Positions 49,201 through 63,100 of a DNA stretch of 64,000 bases are shown piece by piece. The DNA is from Antedon mediterranea (Eukaryota; Animalia; Echinodermata). Numbering within the stretch: the stretch's first letter is position 1; each line of letters begins with the position of its first letter. The notes under the pieces are model-generated. The model did no database searches. It worked only from the letters and a program-made list of their open reading frames with translations, and was not told the origin of the DNA. The DNA lies in assembly GCF_964355755.1 (NCBI RefSeq), contig NC_092673.1:29137648-29201647 (forward strand), in the 5' to 3' direction. The translations under genes and the position numbers were made by a program.

Positions 49201-52200
49201 GTAAATCAAATTTAGTTTTTTCGAGTAACAACGGTCTGGTAATATATTCTTGTATGATAGACTGACGAATATTACCCTGAATGGATACAGATTTTGGATC
49301 TGTGATTAAGTAAATACCGTCTCCCTGGCTTCCCTCGCTCGGTTTAACGATAAATGTTGGTTTGTAATTCGGGTTCTCATCATTTGCCTTCATGACGTCT
49401 TGGTAGAATTTGTGATATTCATCCGGAATGATCCAAGACGTTGGAAAGAAGCTGAATTCCGTTGGAAAGAGTTGTTTCATCTGGTACAGCAGTTTTGTGA
49501 GCTGTGATTTTTTGACAAGTCCTATTAATCCTAGAAAATGAATGAAATAACTGAAAATTTACATCTAAATATTTACATTTATATCAGAGGGCCCCTGGAT
49601 ATCAGCTGACCTGCGGGTTCAGCTGGAAGGGTCACCCTCTATAAATAAAGTTGAAATAAAATATACAAACAAATATCAGTACAAGTTCACTGGCCAGTAA
49701 TTCACAGACAATTTCATGAGGTAAAGATTTGGTATATTTTTAATCTTTAAAACAAAATTTGGATGGCCAGTAAATTAAATTCCTGGGCAATTAAAACACT
49801 AAACTACTGGCCAGATGCAGAAGTTAAAATAAATTAATAATTTAATTAATTAAGAAAATACATGCAGAGACGGAAAATGGATATTTAGTCTACATTGACG
49901 GTGGACGTACAGTATAGCCGATCACTCAAAATATGCTAAAACGTCTCCAATGCCATCTACTGCTTAATGTAGAAACAGCGTGTTATATTCTTACACAGTC
50001 AATAGAAACTCGGCAAATTAATTAAATACAAACGTGTAAAAACTGTGACTAACCTGGGAATTTATTGACTTGGCCTGAAAGAACGGTTTCATTATCGTTA
50101 AAGCTGAGTGCGTTCCAATAAAGATCACAGCCGATTCGTCGTCCAGTTCGGTACTTAAAAGTGTGAAAAAAAACATCATTTTACATTCAAATGTCAAATT
50201 AAAAAGTTTTTTTTTCTTTTATATTGAAGAATTTTGATCTATTGCATAATATATCATCATTTACCAGATTTCTCAGTTCTTCTTTAGGTCGTTGCCAGTA
50301 TGTGGGGTGCTGAATGTTTCTCGTTTAGTCCATGCTACTCTATGCTGTACAGTATATACACCGCGGCCATTTTTTTAAACAATTTCGATTTTTATGGCAT
50401 GCATGATTTATAATATTTTATTTTTTTTTTGTTCATGTCTTTAGGCACATGTGGCTAAAGATTACCAATAGTAAATTATTCACTGTCCTATCAGATAGGC
50501 GGTAATCCCCCTGATACAGGGGCTATTTTGAACTAGTTCACCGCAGTAACCCCCTACTCTTCTTGAATAATGAACTGGGTTCTTTAATGTGCACACAGGT
50601 TACAGTATAACTGTGTACACCAGACCTACGGTTTATATAGTCTAAGAAGATTCGTTCCATCACCAGAACTAGGAACAAGTCAGCCCTGAACCTTTGCCGG
50701 TATTTTTAGCTCTTTATGTCCGGTAAATAACCTCCCTGTCTTAACCGCTTGACAATCTAACTCGCTCATATAATTTTACAAGTTAACTGCAGAGGTTACC
50801 CTCATCATTGTGAGATTAAACCTGTTATTTTCAAGGTATTTTTGCACACATATTGACTTTTCAGTTTGCAAGGTGGCTAATATACCAGTAAAATTACTAA
50901 TAAAGTGTACAGTATATGGCATATTTTGCCATCTGGATGAGATAGTTTTGTTTCGTTTCGTTTTAACTTAATAATAATTATTTTAACAACTTATTCATTT
51001 TTCAAACTAATCTTTAAAATGAAACTGTACAAAATTGTATATTTGTATTTTTCAACTTGAACAAACTCCAAATTCCAAACATATTTTTATGCACATTTGA
51101 CATACAATGAAATATAAAATTGCATAATAGATGGATATAAATTACAATGTTGTGTTTTTGCATTATACATAATAAATCTGAATTTACATCCAAATCACCA
51201 AAACTTAGAATATGTTCTTAACATTCTTATTCATAACTATAGTAATGATAAAAACAATTTTAAATGTAAATATGTATATGTTTGTATGATGTAGTATGTT
51301 TAAGCAGATATTAGTCCTTGATGGCATTTGCAGAAATAAAGAAATTGAATTGAATCCTAGTTCTGTTATATTATATATCACAATTTCTTCCTCACAATTT
51401 CCACAATTTGAAAGAACTATCTTAATATCTACAATATCATTATAATAATACATACAGTATGTAAACCACCTAAACAACAATATAACATTCATTTATTACA
51501 GGCAAATTTCACACATGGTTTAACCATTGCAAGAACTTATATAATTAATTTATTCACATGAATACTGTACACATATTTAATGTATACAAAAATAAATGAC
51601 ATTTTTATTAATAGTTTATACATATAGATCTGTCTAATTTCATGCAAGAAATATTGGTGAATCCCTACAGAATATGCAAAATGGATCCTGGTTAATTATA
51701 TATAGAATGCAAAATGTTGCTTTATTTAGACTAATCCGTGCTATTTCAGTCTTTTTGTCCAATTCGTAACTTATTATTGAAGCCAGGTGCTTAAGATTGA
51801 CCAGTAACACAGCTTGATAAAATGCAAGCGGCCCGTGTGAAATTCTTTTGTTACTTATTCATCTGTAAATAAAATCCTTTTGTACTTATGAACGGTTACC
51901 ATAGCACTGGATATACAGGCAGTTTAAAATTTAAAACAATTCTGATTTTTTTAAACTCTTTTTCTGTCTAGTTCTTCCAAATTTGATTCGCAGCCTGTCA
52001 ACTTGCCTGAAAACAGCCGATTCTATTATTTAACCAAGACCGCTATATTTATTTACCGCAACAACCAACCAACAAAAAAAACGGAACCGCTGAGATTTGT
52101 ATTTAAACATGACTTGAATTGCCTAAAGAGATTGACAGTGACGGATATGCAGTCCTGCTTGAGCAAAAAAAATCTAAAAAAACCTTAAAGATTTAAGGTG

Positions 52201-53279
52201 TGGCTCAGAATGGATACGATAAGAGCATCCTTTTCAGATGGAAGGTCTTTTCATGTTGGGACATGAAATAAGGTTATATCCTGCGGATAAGCTATAGTGG
52301 ATATTTTATGCATTCTTATGCACATTAATAATACAATCCATTCACTGAAGTCTACATTGTCATTACATACACACTACATTGTTCTATAATTACAGTGCAG
52401 GGATATCACCAGCATGTCATGAGTGGTGGTCAAGATACTCTGCTAAACCCACGCATTTCATAATTAAAGGTCGGAAAAATGCAGTTCGTAGACAATTCTA
52501 CGATGTTCTTTGTGAGGTAACAATAGTCTTTTTCACACTGATCTGTAACCCTAACAAACAGGAATATTTACACTAATCTAAAAATTAACAAAATTTAATT
52601 GGCATTTGTTTTCATGTAAAAAAAAAAGAAATATTTCAACAGTAAAAATAGTTAAATAATTAGTGATATTTCAATTTTTCTAACTTTTAAAAGTTGCAGT
52701 TTTAATTTGGATGGTGCACACTAATTAAAAGTCTAAACAATTAATTAAGTCTTTCATCTGTCATTTTATTTATATACAGCCTGGTGTACTGTTAAATTAA
52801 TAATTTCCCCTTCTTAATAAAGCATTAATTTTTTATATTCTGAAAAAGATTTACTTACAAATTCTTCTTACCTCTCTCCATGGCCACCCCAAGTCATCAA
52901 AACATTTTCTTAAAATTTCGGCATTCGACTTCGCCTTTGATGTGTCAACAGAAATAAGTCTACCCCTAGAACGTTTCTTTTTATCTTTATTAGGACAGGG
53001 GTCAAGTGTCAATCTTGAAACTAGATGACAAGTGTCCGGCAACGGTTCACGACTACACAGGCTAAACTCGGTTGTATTTGGCAGCGAAGACGATAGCCTT
53101 TCTTCAGCCCATATCCTGTGGCTTGTCTTGCGGTATCGACCTGGTGGACCTCGGCTAGTAGTAGTAGGCCCTGGGCTCTGGCCACCACCATAACGGCGGC
53201 GTTTGGAAGAAGTTGCTCTGTCCAGTGATGTACATCTCCCTGCTCTGTCTAGCCTGTTTATGGTTACTCCAGCACACAT
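46223..53279 (-). CDS. TTLL11: Tubulin polyglutamylase TTLL11
   Basis: Exons 53279-52872, 50153-50054 (CDLYW...SGQVNKFPG), 49530-48824 (FIVKPSEGSQGDGIYLI, QEYI, KFDLRVYVL, MHLTNYSLNK), 48132-47921 (ILGFDIL...LLEVNANPS), 47259-47023, 46571-46223. Start codon choice is uncertain. Confidence 0.9.
47613..47884. mobile_element. Complete Tourist/PIF-like MITE with an expanded internal 21-bp repeat array
   Basis: TIR agctctgtctacactatcaaact / agtttgatagtatagacagagct, TTA TSD, about 7-8 units of atatcactaccatatttgg. Confidence 0.9.
50500..50765 (-). mobile_element. Deu-domain SINE copy
   Basis: Collinear with 55121-55433 (gtaaccccctactc...tgtgtacaccagacctacggtttata...tcttaaccgct). Confidence 0.7.
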
Positions 53280-55120
53280 TTTGTGCGCCAGTACTAAACA
53301 GGAATCGACATTTTTTTCATGAATAAAGTAGAATACTTTAATTAATGATATGAAGAAAGACGCACCACACCACCTGAGCACACAATAGTGTGAAGGTTAT
53401 CGATTTGCATCGATTTTGTATTATATTAAATAGCGCCATCTATAGTATTATACCATGAAAACTTTTTTTTTTTTTAAATGTACGTTGTTTCGTTTGACCG
53501 GGAACTACAATTATTTTTTCATTTTATTTCCTCACAAAAGATGGTATACATAATTTTATTTTTGATATTATTTATTTATTGCAAATGCTGAATCCTGTAT
53601 ATATGTATATAAGAAAAGTGCTAAAGTGGGTGAAATCACCACAAAAAATATTTTAGCCGAAAGCTAAAAGGTTTCAGAAATAACAATTTAATGTCCGCAT
53701 GCATAAATATAGGCATATAATTATATCTAATGAGCGCACGAGATCTAGTAATTAAATCGTTGATAATCAACTATCAACTATAGAACACGTGATTATCAAG
53801 AACCGCCTGTATTTACAACAACCAGCACCACAATTAATGAAGAAATATAATATCGCTTACAGTTTTGACAATTTTATAGTGTTTTTATTTAATACATGAG
53901 TTATGGTTGTCTTGCTAGTGAGTCAACATGCGGGTATCAATGTGTCTCAAATAATATCCTGCAACACACAAAAATATATGATATATTTAAAGTAGGCCTA
54001 TACATATATCTTATATAATGTATACGCAGAATTCTCAACGATCACAAACTGAACTTCACTAACAAACCTACTTGCCGATTAATAAACCCGACCAAATCCG
54101 AGACAGGCAAGATAACACAACTTTACTCGATCGTATTAACAGCAACATTACATCAAAACATCGCATCAATCAATAGAAAAATACCTCATCGGTCATCGAA
54201 TGGTTCAAGAGTATAGACAAGAAACAACAACACAACTTTATATGCTTCGACATCGTGGAATTAACTTCTTAGACGTCACACTCAACCTAGCGAGGAACAC
54301 ATACCAGCCCTACACCAAACCACACGCCACTTTACAGTATATCCATCAACAAAGTAACCACCCACCGATCATCCTAAAAAATATACCCGTAGGAATAAAC
54401 AAACGACTCTCGTCCTTGTCATCCGACAAGAATTCATTCAACTTAGCCGCCCCTGTATACCAGAAAGCCCTTAACGACAGTGGATACCATACCAGCACAC
54501 ACACTAAAATACGAACCGGCAACCAAGATAAGACGAAAAATGATACAACCCACCGTTCAGCCAAAACGTCAGCACAAACATTGGACAGAAATTCCCATCC
54601 CTAGTGGACAAACATTTTCCAAAAGATAACAAATTAAGGAAAATCTTCAACCGAAACACCATCAAGATAAGCTACAGCTGTATGAACAATATGAAACAGA
54701 TAGGCCCCTAATAGACAGGCACAACAAGAGAATACTCAACCAGCCCAAAACAACATCCGTGGAAAACACGCAAGAAAACAAAACATGCAACTGCTGACAG
54801 AAAGACACATGCCCACATCTGTAATATACCAAGCCACACTTACACGCAAAGACTAGACAAATCCACCTCGGAAACTTATATCGGACTCACTTAAAATGAT
54901 TTCAAAACACGATACAGAAATCACACCTCGTCATTCCGTCATACACGTTCTAGAAACTCAACTGAACTCAGTAAACATTTGGACACTCAAGGACAACAAC
55001 ACAGACTATTAAATCTCATGGCGCATCTACTAAAGCATATAGTAGCGCAAACAAAAAATGCAATCTCTACCTCAAAGAGAAATTATTTATCATCCGCGCG
55101 CCACCCTGAATTATCGACAT

Positions 55121-55433
55121 GATTGATTGAAATTTATATTTATACTGGGTAACCTCTTCAGTCAAAGACTGGTCTCCCAGAGGGCCCAGTTGGTGATCAG
55201 TAGCTGTGATGTACTAATACACCGGGGTAACCCCCTACTCGTCTCGAAAGATGTACTAGGTTCTTTAAAGTGCACACGAGCTAGATGTGTACACTGGACC
55301 TACAGTTTATAGTCCTGATCTGAGAAGACTCGTTCTACCACCAGAACCATCGAGTGAGTGAGCCTTGAACCCCTGCCGATGTTATGGCTACGTAATTACG
55401 GTTCCACTGTCTTAACCGCTCGGCCACTCACTC
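55121..55433 (-). mobile_element. Full-length tRNA-derived Deu/Nin-domain SINE inserted in the Penelope element
   Basis: 5' gagtgagtggccgagcggttaag (A box), ggggttcaagg (B box), central ggactataaactgtaggtcc...ctttaaagaacc...gagtagggggttaccccggtgt resembling the Deu domain; splits the PELST|LNKRNEL reading frame. Confidence 0.8.
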
Positions 55434-55572
55434 AAACAAACGTAACGAACTTGTGTCCGCCTGCCGACACAGAAAGAAGGCATTGTTACATTCCAAAATA
55501 TATTACCTGTAAATGCTAATTATACAAGTAAATGTGCTTATAAGCAACGTTGTAATTGATTGTTCTCATTAT

Positions 55573-55623
55573 AGTCTCCTGATGAGTAAGTAGCACGACT
55601 CACGAAACAAGCCTGTAGAGACT
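55573..55623 (+). ncRNA. Type I minimal hammerhead ribozyme (Penelope pLTR type)
   Basis: agtctc-CTGATGA-gtaagt(agcacg)actcac-GAAA-ca(agcc)tg-TA-gagact: stem I, conserved core, stem II with one mismatch, short stem III, GUA cleavage triplet. Confidence 0.85.
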
Positions 55624-55859
55624 TCTTTTCCAGACTTATATTATATATATCCATATATAGGCCTATATAAACACAGCAGGCAAAGAACATTAATTCTAAA
55701 CCGCCCGGTGATATACTGAAATTTAATTAATTAATTTGAGATCCAGCCACTGATACCCACAGCATTGTCATTTTTTGTCAGTAATTTGCCTTTGGACATA
55801 TATATATATACATAAATACAGAAGGCATGCCCAAATACAATAACATAGGCCTACTTTTC

Positions 55860-58286
55860 CTATGATAAATTAATATAATGTTCTGTTTGATTTTGCCTTA
55901 GACGACGTGATACAAATAAAAACATTACTCCACATAAAATTGCAGTTACAACTGCCACAAGAGCAATCAGCCAGGCATAGTTACGACGACTACTTGACGC
56001 GTTTGTGACGCGTTGAGAAGAAGAAAACAACTCGTTCGTATAGTTTGAAACGCATTGGCAACACATTGGAAACGGCTCACATCCTTCGTTACAACACGGT
56101 TGTATACTAATATCGGACTCCTGCCATACACTCTCTCCAACAGTTAGGCCACTCTCTTCTAGTAATCTGGCCGTATGTAAGTCATTTAAAATCGAATGCA
56201 TCGCCTCGTCGTTCGCCATGTTTACCTGTTCCCCTGGGTCAAGGTTCAGATTGTAAAGTAACGCACGATCGTGCTTAGTAAGCGGTATAACTCCGTCACA
56301 AGCATGTGTATTTGACGAATTACTAGCGGCAAGCGTTGCGCTGTGTGCTTTGTACTGGTGGTAACGGTAGGCGTATGGCCTTGTGTATGTAGAATTGAAA
56401 ATCATAAGACCTGATCTTGGGCTCTGAAAAAAAATGAACATTAAACAAATTATGCTGTTTAGTACAAGAAACACAAAGCAACGGCAAATGGGCTTGATGC
56501 TCTTATTTTGAGAATTTAGGTTCAGGATCAGGGTCTCTTAAACAAATATTTAAATAAATAAATACAATCTTTGGTATAATTATTTCAGTTCGAAAACATT
56601 TAACACACCTGGGTAAACGTTTGCACCCGATTATACACCAGTATATTCATAACGTACGGTAACTATTTGAAAAATCACGCATACAGCTTGGTTCCCACTA
56701 GAGACGCAACACAAGGACGTGACGCAACGTGAGTGAGTTAACTAATCACAAGCGATGGATTATTTGAACTCTCGCTTGTCATTGGTCAACACGCTTACGT
56801 TGCACCACTATCACTACCATGGTTAACGATATAAACTGGTGATCGCTCTCTTTTTGCTTGCTATTCAATTACCTTTCCATTGTTAAAAATCACATCACTG
56901 ATGTCATGACCATCAAGTTGTATATTGTCAACTGACGACCCAATCAAATTTGCAATTGTTGGAAATATATCTAGATGACTGATAATTTCCCTAGATATAC
57001 CAGGAGCAATTCGACTTGGCCAATACACCACACCCGGTACTCGTGTGGCGCCTTCAAACGTGGTATCCTTTCCACATCTAAGTGGCCCAGATGAACCACC
57101 ATCAAAAACTGCATCTTTGTTTGGCCTAAAAGAAAACAACATCGTGAAAATATCTTCTTTTTTTTTAAAATTAAATTGTGATCTGATGACGCCTCCAATT
57201 GTATAAATACTGTATATACTTTTATTTAGTTTAAATTAAATTTAATTAAAATATTTAATATGTCATGGTTGTTATGAGCTATTTCAATATTACCAACTCA
57301 CCCGTTGTCGGATGTGAATAGAAACAAAGTGTTGTCAAATTCCCCAATATCCTTTAATGTTTTGATGATATCTCCAATCTGCCAATCCATTTCAGCTATG
57401 GAATCGGTATAATATCCACCTAAGGTGGAATTACAAAATCTTGGACTAGGAAAAAGTGGAACATGAGGTTGCACAAACCAGTACATAAGTAAAAACGGAT
57501 TACCACCTTCACTGAACTCTGTAACCCAACTTCTAGCGGCTGCGGTTTGTCTTTCAATGAGTGTAAACAGATCCACCGGTTGTTCAATGATCTCATCCTC
57601 TAGAAATAATGGAGAAGGTACTTCTGTATCTAAACAGTCTACGGTACAAGGTACATCTGGTTGAAAACAGATTAGAGTTGGACATCCGCAAAGGTCAAGC
57701 GAGACAGGAATACCGAAATAATGGTCAAATCCATGATGCCGTGGCAGAAACTCTCTGTTACGACCAACTCCAAGATGCCATTTGCCAACAAGGGCAGACT
57801 TGTATCCCTGTTCAGCTACGAGTTCGGCAATGGTCGTCTCGTTGTGAGGAAGCCCTAGCGGACTACTTAAGCGCAGCACTGACCGTGTATCCAGGGCGTT
57901 CCAAAAACCACTCCGTACCGGATATCTACCAGTCAATAGGCCAGCTCTAAAAGAAAATGTAATTTATACCGAATAAAACAAAAACACAACACCTTTTTTT
58001 TTCAACTAGATATCGCTAAATAATAATAAATTTAATTTTAATTCACAAACCTGGATGGGGTACAAACAGGACCCGAACTATAAAATTGTGTAAGTTTCAA
58101 CCCATCTCGGTAGAGTATATCAATATTTGGAGTATTCGAGATCGGGTTTCCAGTCGCCTGTAGATCACCATAGCCCACGTCATCGGCCAGAAATATGACA
58201 ATATTAGGTTTTTTGTGAGATCGACAAATGTTACATTTTACAACTAATAATATAAATAATACAGGAAACCATCTTCTTATATACAT
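55860..58286 (-). CDS. Arylsulfatase A-like protein with C-terminal transmembrane anchor, 565 aa
   Basis: Exons 58286-58051, 57946-57302, 57125-56873, 56423-55860. Signal peptide, KPNIVIFLADDVGYGDL, CTPSRAGLLTGR, VGKWHLG, FTSDNGP, CGKDTTFEG, ARSA-type C-terminal CCNEGCEPFPMCCQC. Confidence 0.9.
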
Positions 58287-59217
58287 TGTCCTATGTTATA
58301 CCGTAGCTTCCATTAATATGTATTGTAGGTACGTATGAACTTGCAATCCCTTCTGATTTAAACAGTGTGAACACCACACCGTCATACATATATATGCATA
58401 ATTTGCAGCATAATTTATGCGGGTATTATTATCAAACGATTAAATTATATTTCTTAGCCTACAGTGTCTTAATAAAATTTTGTTATGTCTACCGGTATTT
58501 TTACATGAGCCGAAACATAGTTATATTATTATAAAAGGCGAATGTGAAAGGAAATATAGCAGAGAGTCGAACAACATTCGTAAAGCTCATATATGTACCA
58601 TATTAGGCATATCAACACCATATTTGGGCACACTTTTTTTTTTGTCAAACTAGGTAGAATCACGAAACACTTCGACGTTGTTGGCCTAAAATGTTTACAT
58701 TTACAAATTCCTTTTTTGAATAACGCTGTTAAATTATAAAATAAGAAGTTACTATTTTATTATTATGATTATTATTATTATTATTATTATTATTGGTATT
58801 ATTGTTATTATTATTATTGTTTCTTATTTCTACACTGGTTTAATCAATAGATACATTTATATAAAGTGTAAGGAAGGAAAAGAAATGATACATTAACGTT
58901 AAAGCAATGAAGCTATTATTAGAAGTCATCAATACTCTTCCATAATAGTGGCGTTAACTGGAAAAAAGAACCGGGACTTCCCTGTTAAAACATGGGTCAT
59001 TAAACACTTATTGATATAACCTCAGTTTCCTATCTAACCTATCCTTATTGTTTTGTGCTTTATGGTATTTTACGATATCAATTATTAAAATATTGATTAT
59101 TATCATTAAGTATTGATTACTATCATTAAGTATTGATTATTATCATTAAGTATTGATTATTCGGTTCGTATTGAAAATTCATAATTGAATTTGAAAAGTT
59201 TTAATTTGTTGATATAA

Positions 59218-59360
59218 AGTATTGATCATTATTGATTTAAAGTATTGATCATTATTGATTTAAAGTATTGATCATTATTGATTTAAAGTATTGATAATTA
59301 TTGATTTAAAGTATTGATCATTATTGATTTCAAGTATTGATCATTATTGATTTCAAGTAT
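59218..59360. repeat. 21-bp minisatellite (aagtattgatcattattgatt...), with a related 20-bp array at 59090-59160
   Basis: About 6-7 tandem units. Confidence 0.85.
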
Positions 59361-60181
59361 ATTACTCTTGATGATTAATGTAAACTTGCAAGAAAACATA
59401 ATTAATAAATAAATTTTGACTTTTAACCACATAATGCTTAAAGCCTCTATGCCCTTCACATGAAAATAAAAGTAATCCATGAAATAAATAAAATAAAAAG
59501 AGCAATTAAAAGTGAAAGTGACAGGCCATACAATATAATGATGTTAACTGAAAAAGGTTTCAATATCGAAGGTGAAAATATATGTTGAAAAGGTAAGTTA
59601 AAAAAACTGTATATGGTGGTTTTTACTATATATTTTAATACCTATTGGTGGCCAACCATTGGACCATACATAATGTGTCTTGTTATGCATGACAAACCAA
59701 CAACTATATAATAATCATTATGTATGTATGTGTATATATATGTGTGTACTTTACTTTCGTTTTAGAACAACTCCTATATCCGGACCAACTCCTTCAAGTA
59801 TAATTGTTATCGTTTGTATTACAACGTTCAAGTAGTGTTTAAGTGAGCTGCATGGATTAACTGCGTTGGTGTTTAGGTAAGCCCTTACTTTGTTTTAAAA
59901 ATAAAAATTCCATGTCATAAATAACAGTTAGTTACCAGGCTTTACAATGAGTTTACATGGTATTGTTTGTTGTATTGGTTTGTAACATCCAATTACTGCG
60001 TTTACTTTATAGATTAAAAACGTATATTTCTTGAAACATTCATTTATCTTTTCTTCAGAAAATATTAATTGACGTGGTAGACTAAAATCAACGTATAGAG
60101 TATCTAACATATATGGACAAATCTATCTGACAAACAATGTCAAATTAGGGAATAACTGTATAGGCTTATCATTCCTCAAGT

Positions 60182-63100
60182 ATGAATACCCTCATCTCCA
60201 CCATTTTTGTCGTGTTTTGGACCTTTTTACTGAAACCAAGTACAAGTAAGTAGCCTACTGCTCGAATATACAACATTAGTGTACTTTGCAACCATAACCA
60301 TTATGAGTAAGATTCATGTTGAAAAATAACAAGGCCATATACATGGCTGCAGTCGCGTGCTCAAGTCAGTGTTTACCGACCAACCGTCCGACCAACCAAC
60401 CGACATAGTGAGCTAGAGTCGTGTTGCACGCGACTAAAATTGTTGTACTCTATTAAAAATTAACATGGTTATCGGGGGTGGAGGCGTTGAAATGAAAATG
60501 CATCTGATCTTTTCTTAATAGATATATTTGCTTGTCTGTTGACCTCATGGGGACCCGATTCTCAAGTTAAGATCTTGCACATTTTTATTTTTCAAAGGTA
60601 ATCCGTATGGAAATCTATCGTGTGAAAGCACAACGATCGACCAGTATAGATGTATTTGGAAATCACGTTCACATGGTAGAAATGTGACCTATGACATTGA
60701 ATCGAGACGTTGGGACGATGAGTAAGTGTCTATGACTACTGTTGACTAGGCCTACATTTGGAGAGGGTTTAGATTTATAGGCCTATATTTGGAACTCAAT
60801 AGACTAGGCCTATATTTGAAAAGTGCTTAGACTAGCCTATTTGGAAAGTGCTTAATAGACTAGGCCTATGGAAAGTGCTTAGACTAGGCCTATATTTGGA
60901 ATGTGCTTAATAGACTAGGCCTATATTTGGAAAGTGCTTAATAGACTAGGCCTATATTTGGAAAGTGCTTAATTGACTATGCTATATATGGAAAGTGCTT
61001 ATAGACCTATTTGAATGCTTATTGAATCCAAGCATCCAATCCTTGGCAATTTGACTAAATAAACACTGATAATTTAAATGAAAATGGCTTCATCTAATTC
61101 TTTTATCCGGGCCCATTCGGGTATAGGCCTATAGGCACTTTTCTTAGACCGGTGGACTCATTGTGTACGAGTTTCTGTCGTGTTTTTATTTTTATTCTTC
61201 GTATTTGCCTTTTCTTCACGTATTATGATACATGCTTATTGTTTATCATATCAACAGCATACGAATTTTTCCAATCAACAAATCTTTTCAATCAGATGGA
61301 AAAGCCACAATTGTTAATTTTGACTGCGCAAAAGGCCAAGGAGAGTTCACAGCGCAGATTGTATCGGTGTACAGAAAAACCGCCGATGGAAATCGAAAAC
61401 TTGTTTCTGATCAATTGAAATTTGTCCCATATACAGAAGGTAATACATTTCGCAATCTTATTTAAGTTTAGAAACCAATCACAAATTATCCATCGTGATT
61501 GGTCATATTACTTGCGGCGCGTTTACCATTTTGTCCAATTAAGTTCGAACTTTAAACCCTAAGTATGTATAGCAACAAAATACCGACATTACCCCATTGA
61601 AAAAATGTGTGTTTGTTCTAGCAATACCAAGGGAAGTTTCAGGAATCAACTTCAATGTCACTGAAATGTCCATAACTGCCATTTGGCAGAGGCCGCGTGA
61701 CCTTACAAAAAGTACTCGGAGCTTACGCTACAAAGTACACTACTGGAACCCGGATGTAGATAAAACTATTGAAATGGTAGGGATAACGACGTTTTTAATT
61801 AATTCATTCTAATTATAGGGTCCACATTGTTAATAACAGGCAGGGGTTGGTATACCCTATCTTTATTAAAAGTATGGGTTTTGCGCGTGCAAATTTGGAG
61901 CGGGTAGGCCTATCTTTCCAGTTATTTCATAAATGTGTAAAATAATATGTAACGTAATATGTACATAATTAAGTTCTCGGTCTAATAATATTTTAATATT
62001 CATCACAGAATGAACAGCAATGTACCATTGGTGACTTATCACCGTATACAACTTACAATATTAGTATATCGAGTCGTTTTAAACTGTTCATATATGATGA
62101 AGAGGCCAAGTGGAGTAAACAAACTATAAACCAAGTCACCACAGCGGGTTCTATTACTAATAAGGCTACTACTGCCCCGCCCCCAACGACAATAGCAGGT
62201 AGGTATAAAGATCAGCTTCTCTGCTACGAATTGCTGAATATTTAATGCAATTTCTATAAATTCTATCATTCTTATTAATATTAATGATGTCAATCTCTCT
62301 TAAAGTATTGTCCTCCAAAAACATGAACAATTAAAATTAATAAAATCAGACTTTAAATAGGTCATTTTGCAGTTTTAATGAAGTTATTCACTTCCGGAAA
62401 AAAAAGAAATTATTATTTAACTTATAAAAATACAAAGGAAACGGTTAATTTTAACCAATATTTTGCTTTAAATTACATTTTTTCAGGTAAATCATTTTTT
62501 ATCGATCCAGTTTTTGGTCAAAGTGATTAACTATTATGAAACATTAAGATGACATACAACAAAAAATTAGGGCAAAATTATCTTAAACTGTGTCAAGAGT
62601 ATCTCTACCTTATTATCGCATGTGACGTCATAAAAGTACCTTAGTGATGCACTGTGGACGTAAAAAATAAAATACTGATTTCTTTTTAGAAGCTCCACCA
62701 CAGTGGCTATATGTTTCGTTCACGTTAGCTACTACAGTAGTCGTTATTTTCGTGGCAATAGTGTTTGTCATTGGCATTACGCGGCATTGTACACTTTTGG
62801 ATATGAAGAACAGCGCAGATATTCAATCAAGTCTGCTGAAATGGAAACATTTGGTAAGAATAATGAACAATTGATATTTATGTTGTGTGTGATGACAGAC
62901 ACGTAATGAAGACCCCAATGAGGCGGTGGGTGAGTCATTTCATGGTGATGATGATAACAATGTTGATGTATGTAGGTCTATAAAGTATACTGTATCATAT
63001 TTTGCAGAAATACTCACCGAAAATCCCTGAAAAGGAGCAGTATACGGAATTACGTCCTCAAGAAGAGAAAACTGAGAAGATGTCAGCCCCTGACGACAAC

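Larger units (their letters stand above)
54030..55640 (+). mobile_element. Decayed Penelope-like retroelement (RT and GIY-YIG remnants)
   Basis: Fragments [74 protein letters not shown]...TYIGLT..FKTRYRNH, NKRNELVSACRH; several stops, frameshifts and deletions. Confidence 0.9.

Noticed and set aside
61148-61257. Alternative upstream acceptor giving a hydrophobic ORF (61152-61418)
   Set aside because: T-rich intron-like sequence that ends in a stop before the donor; the 61258 acceptor keeps the frame
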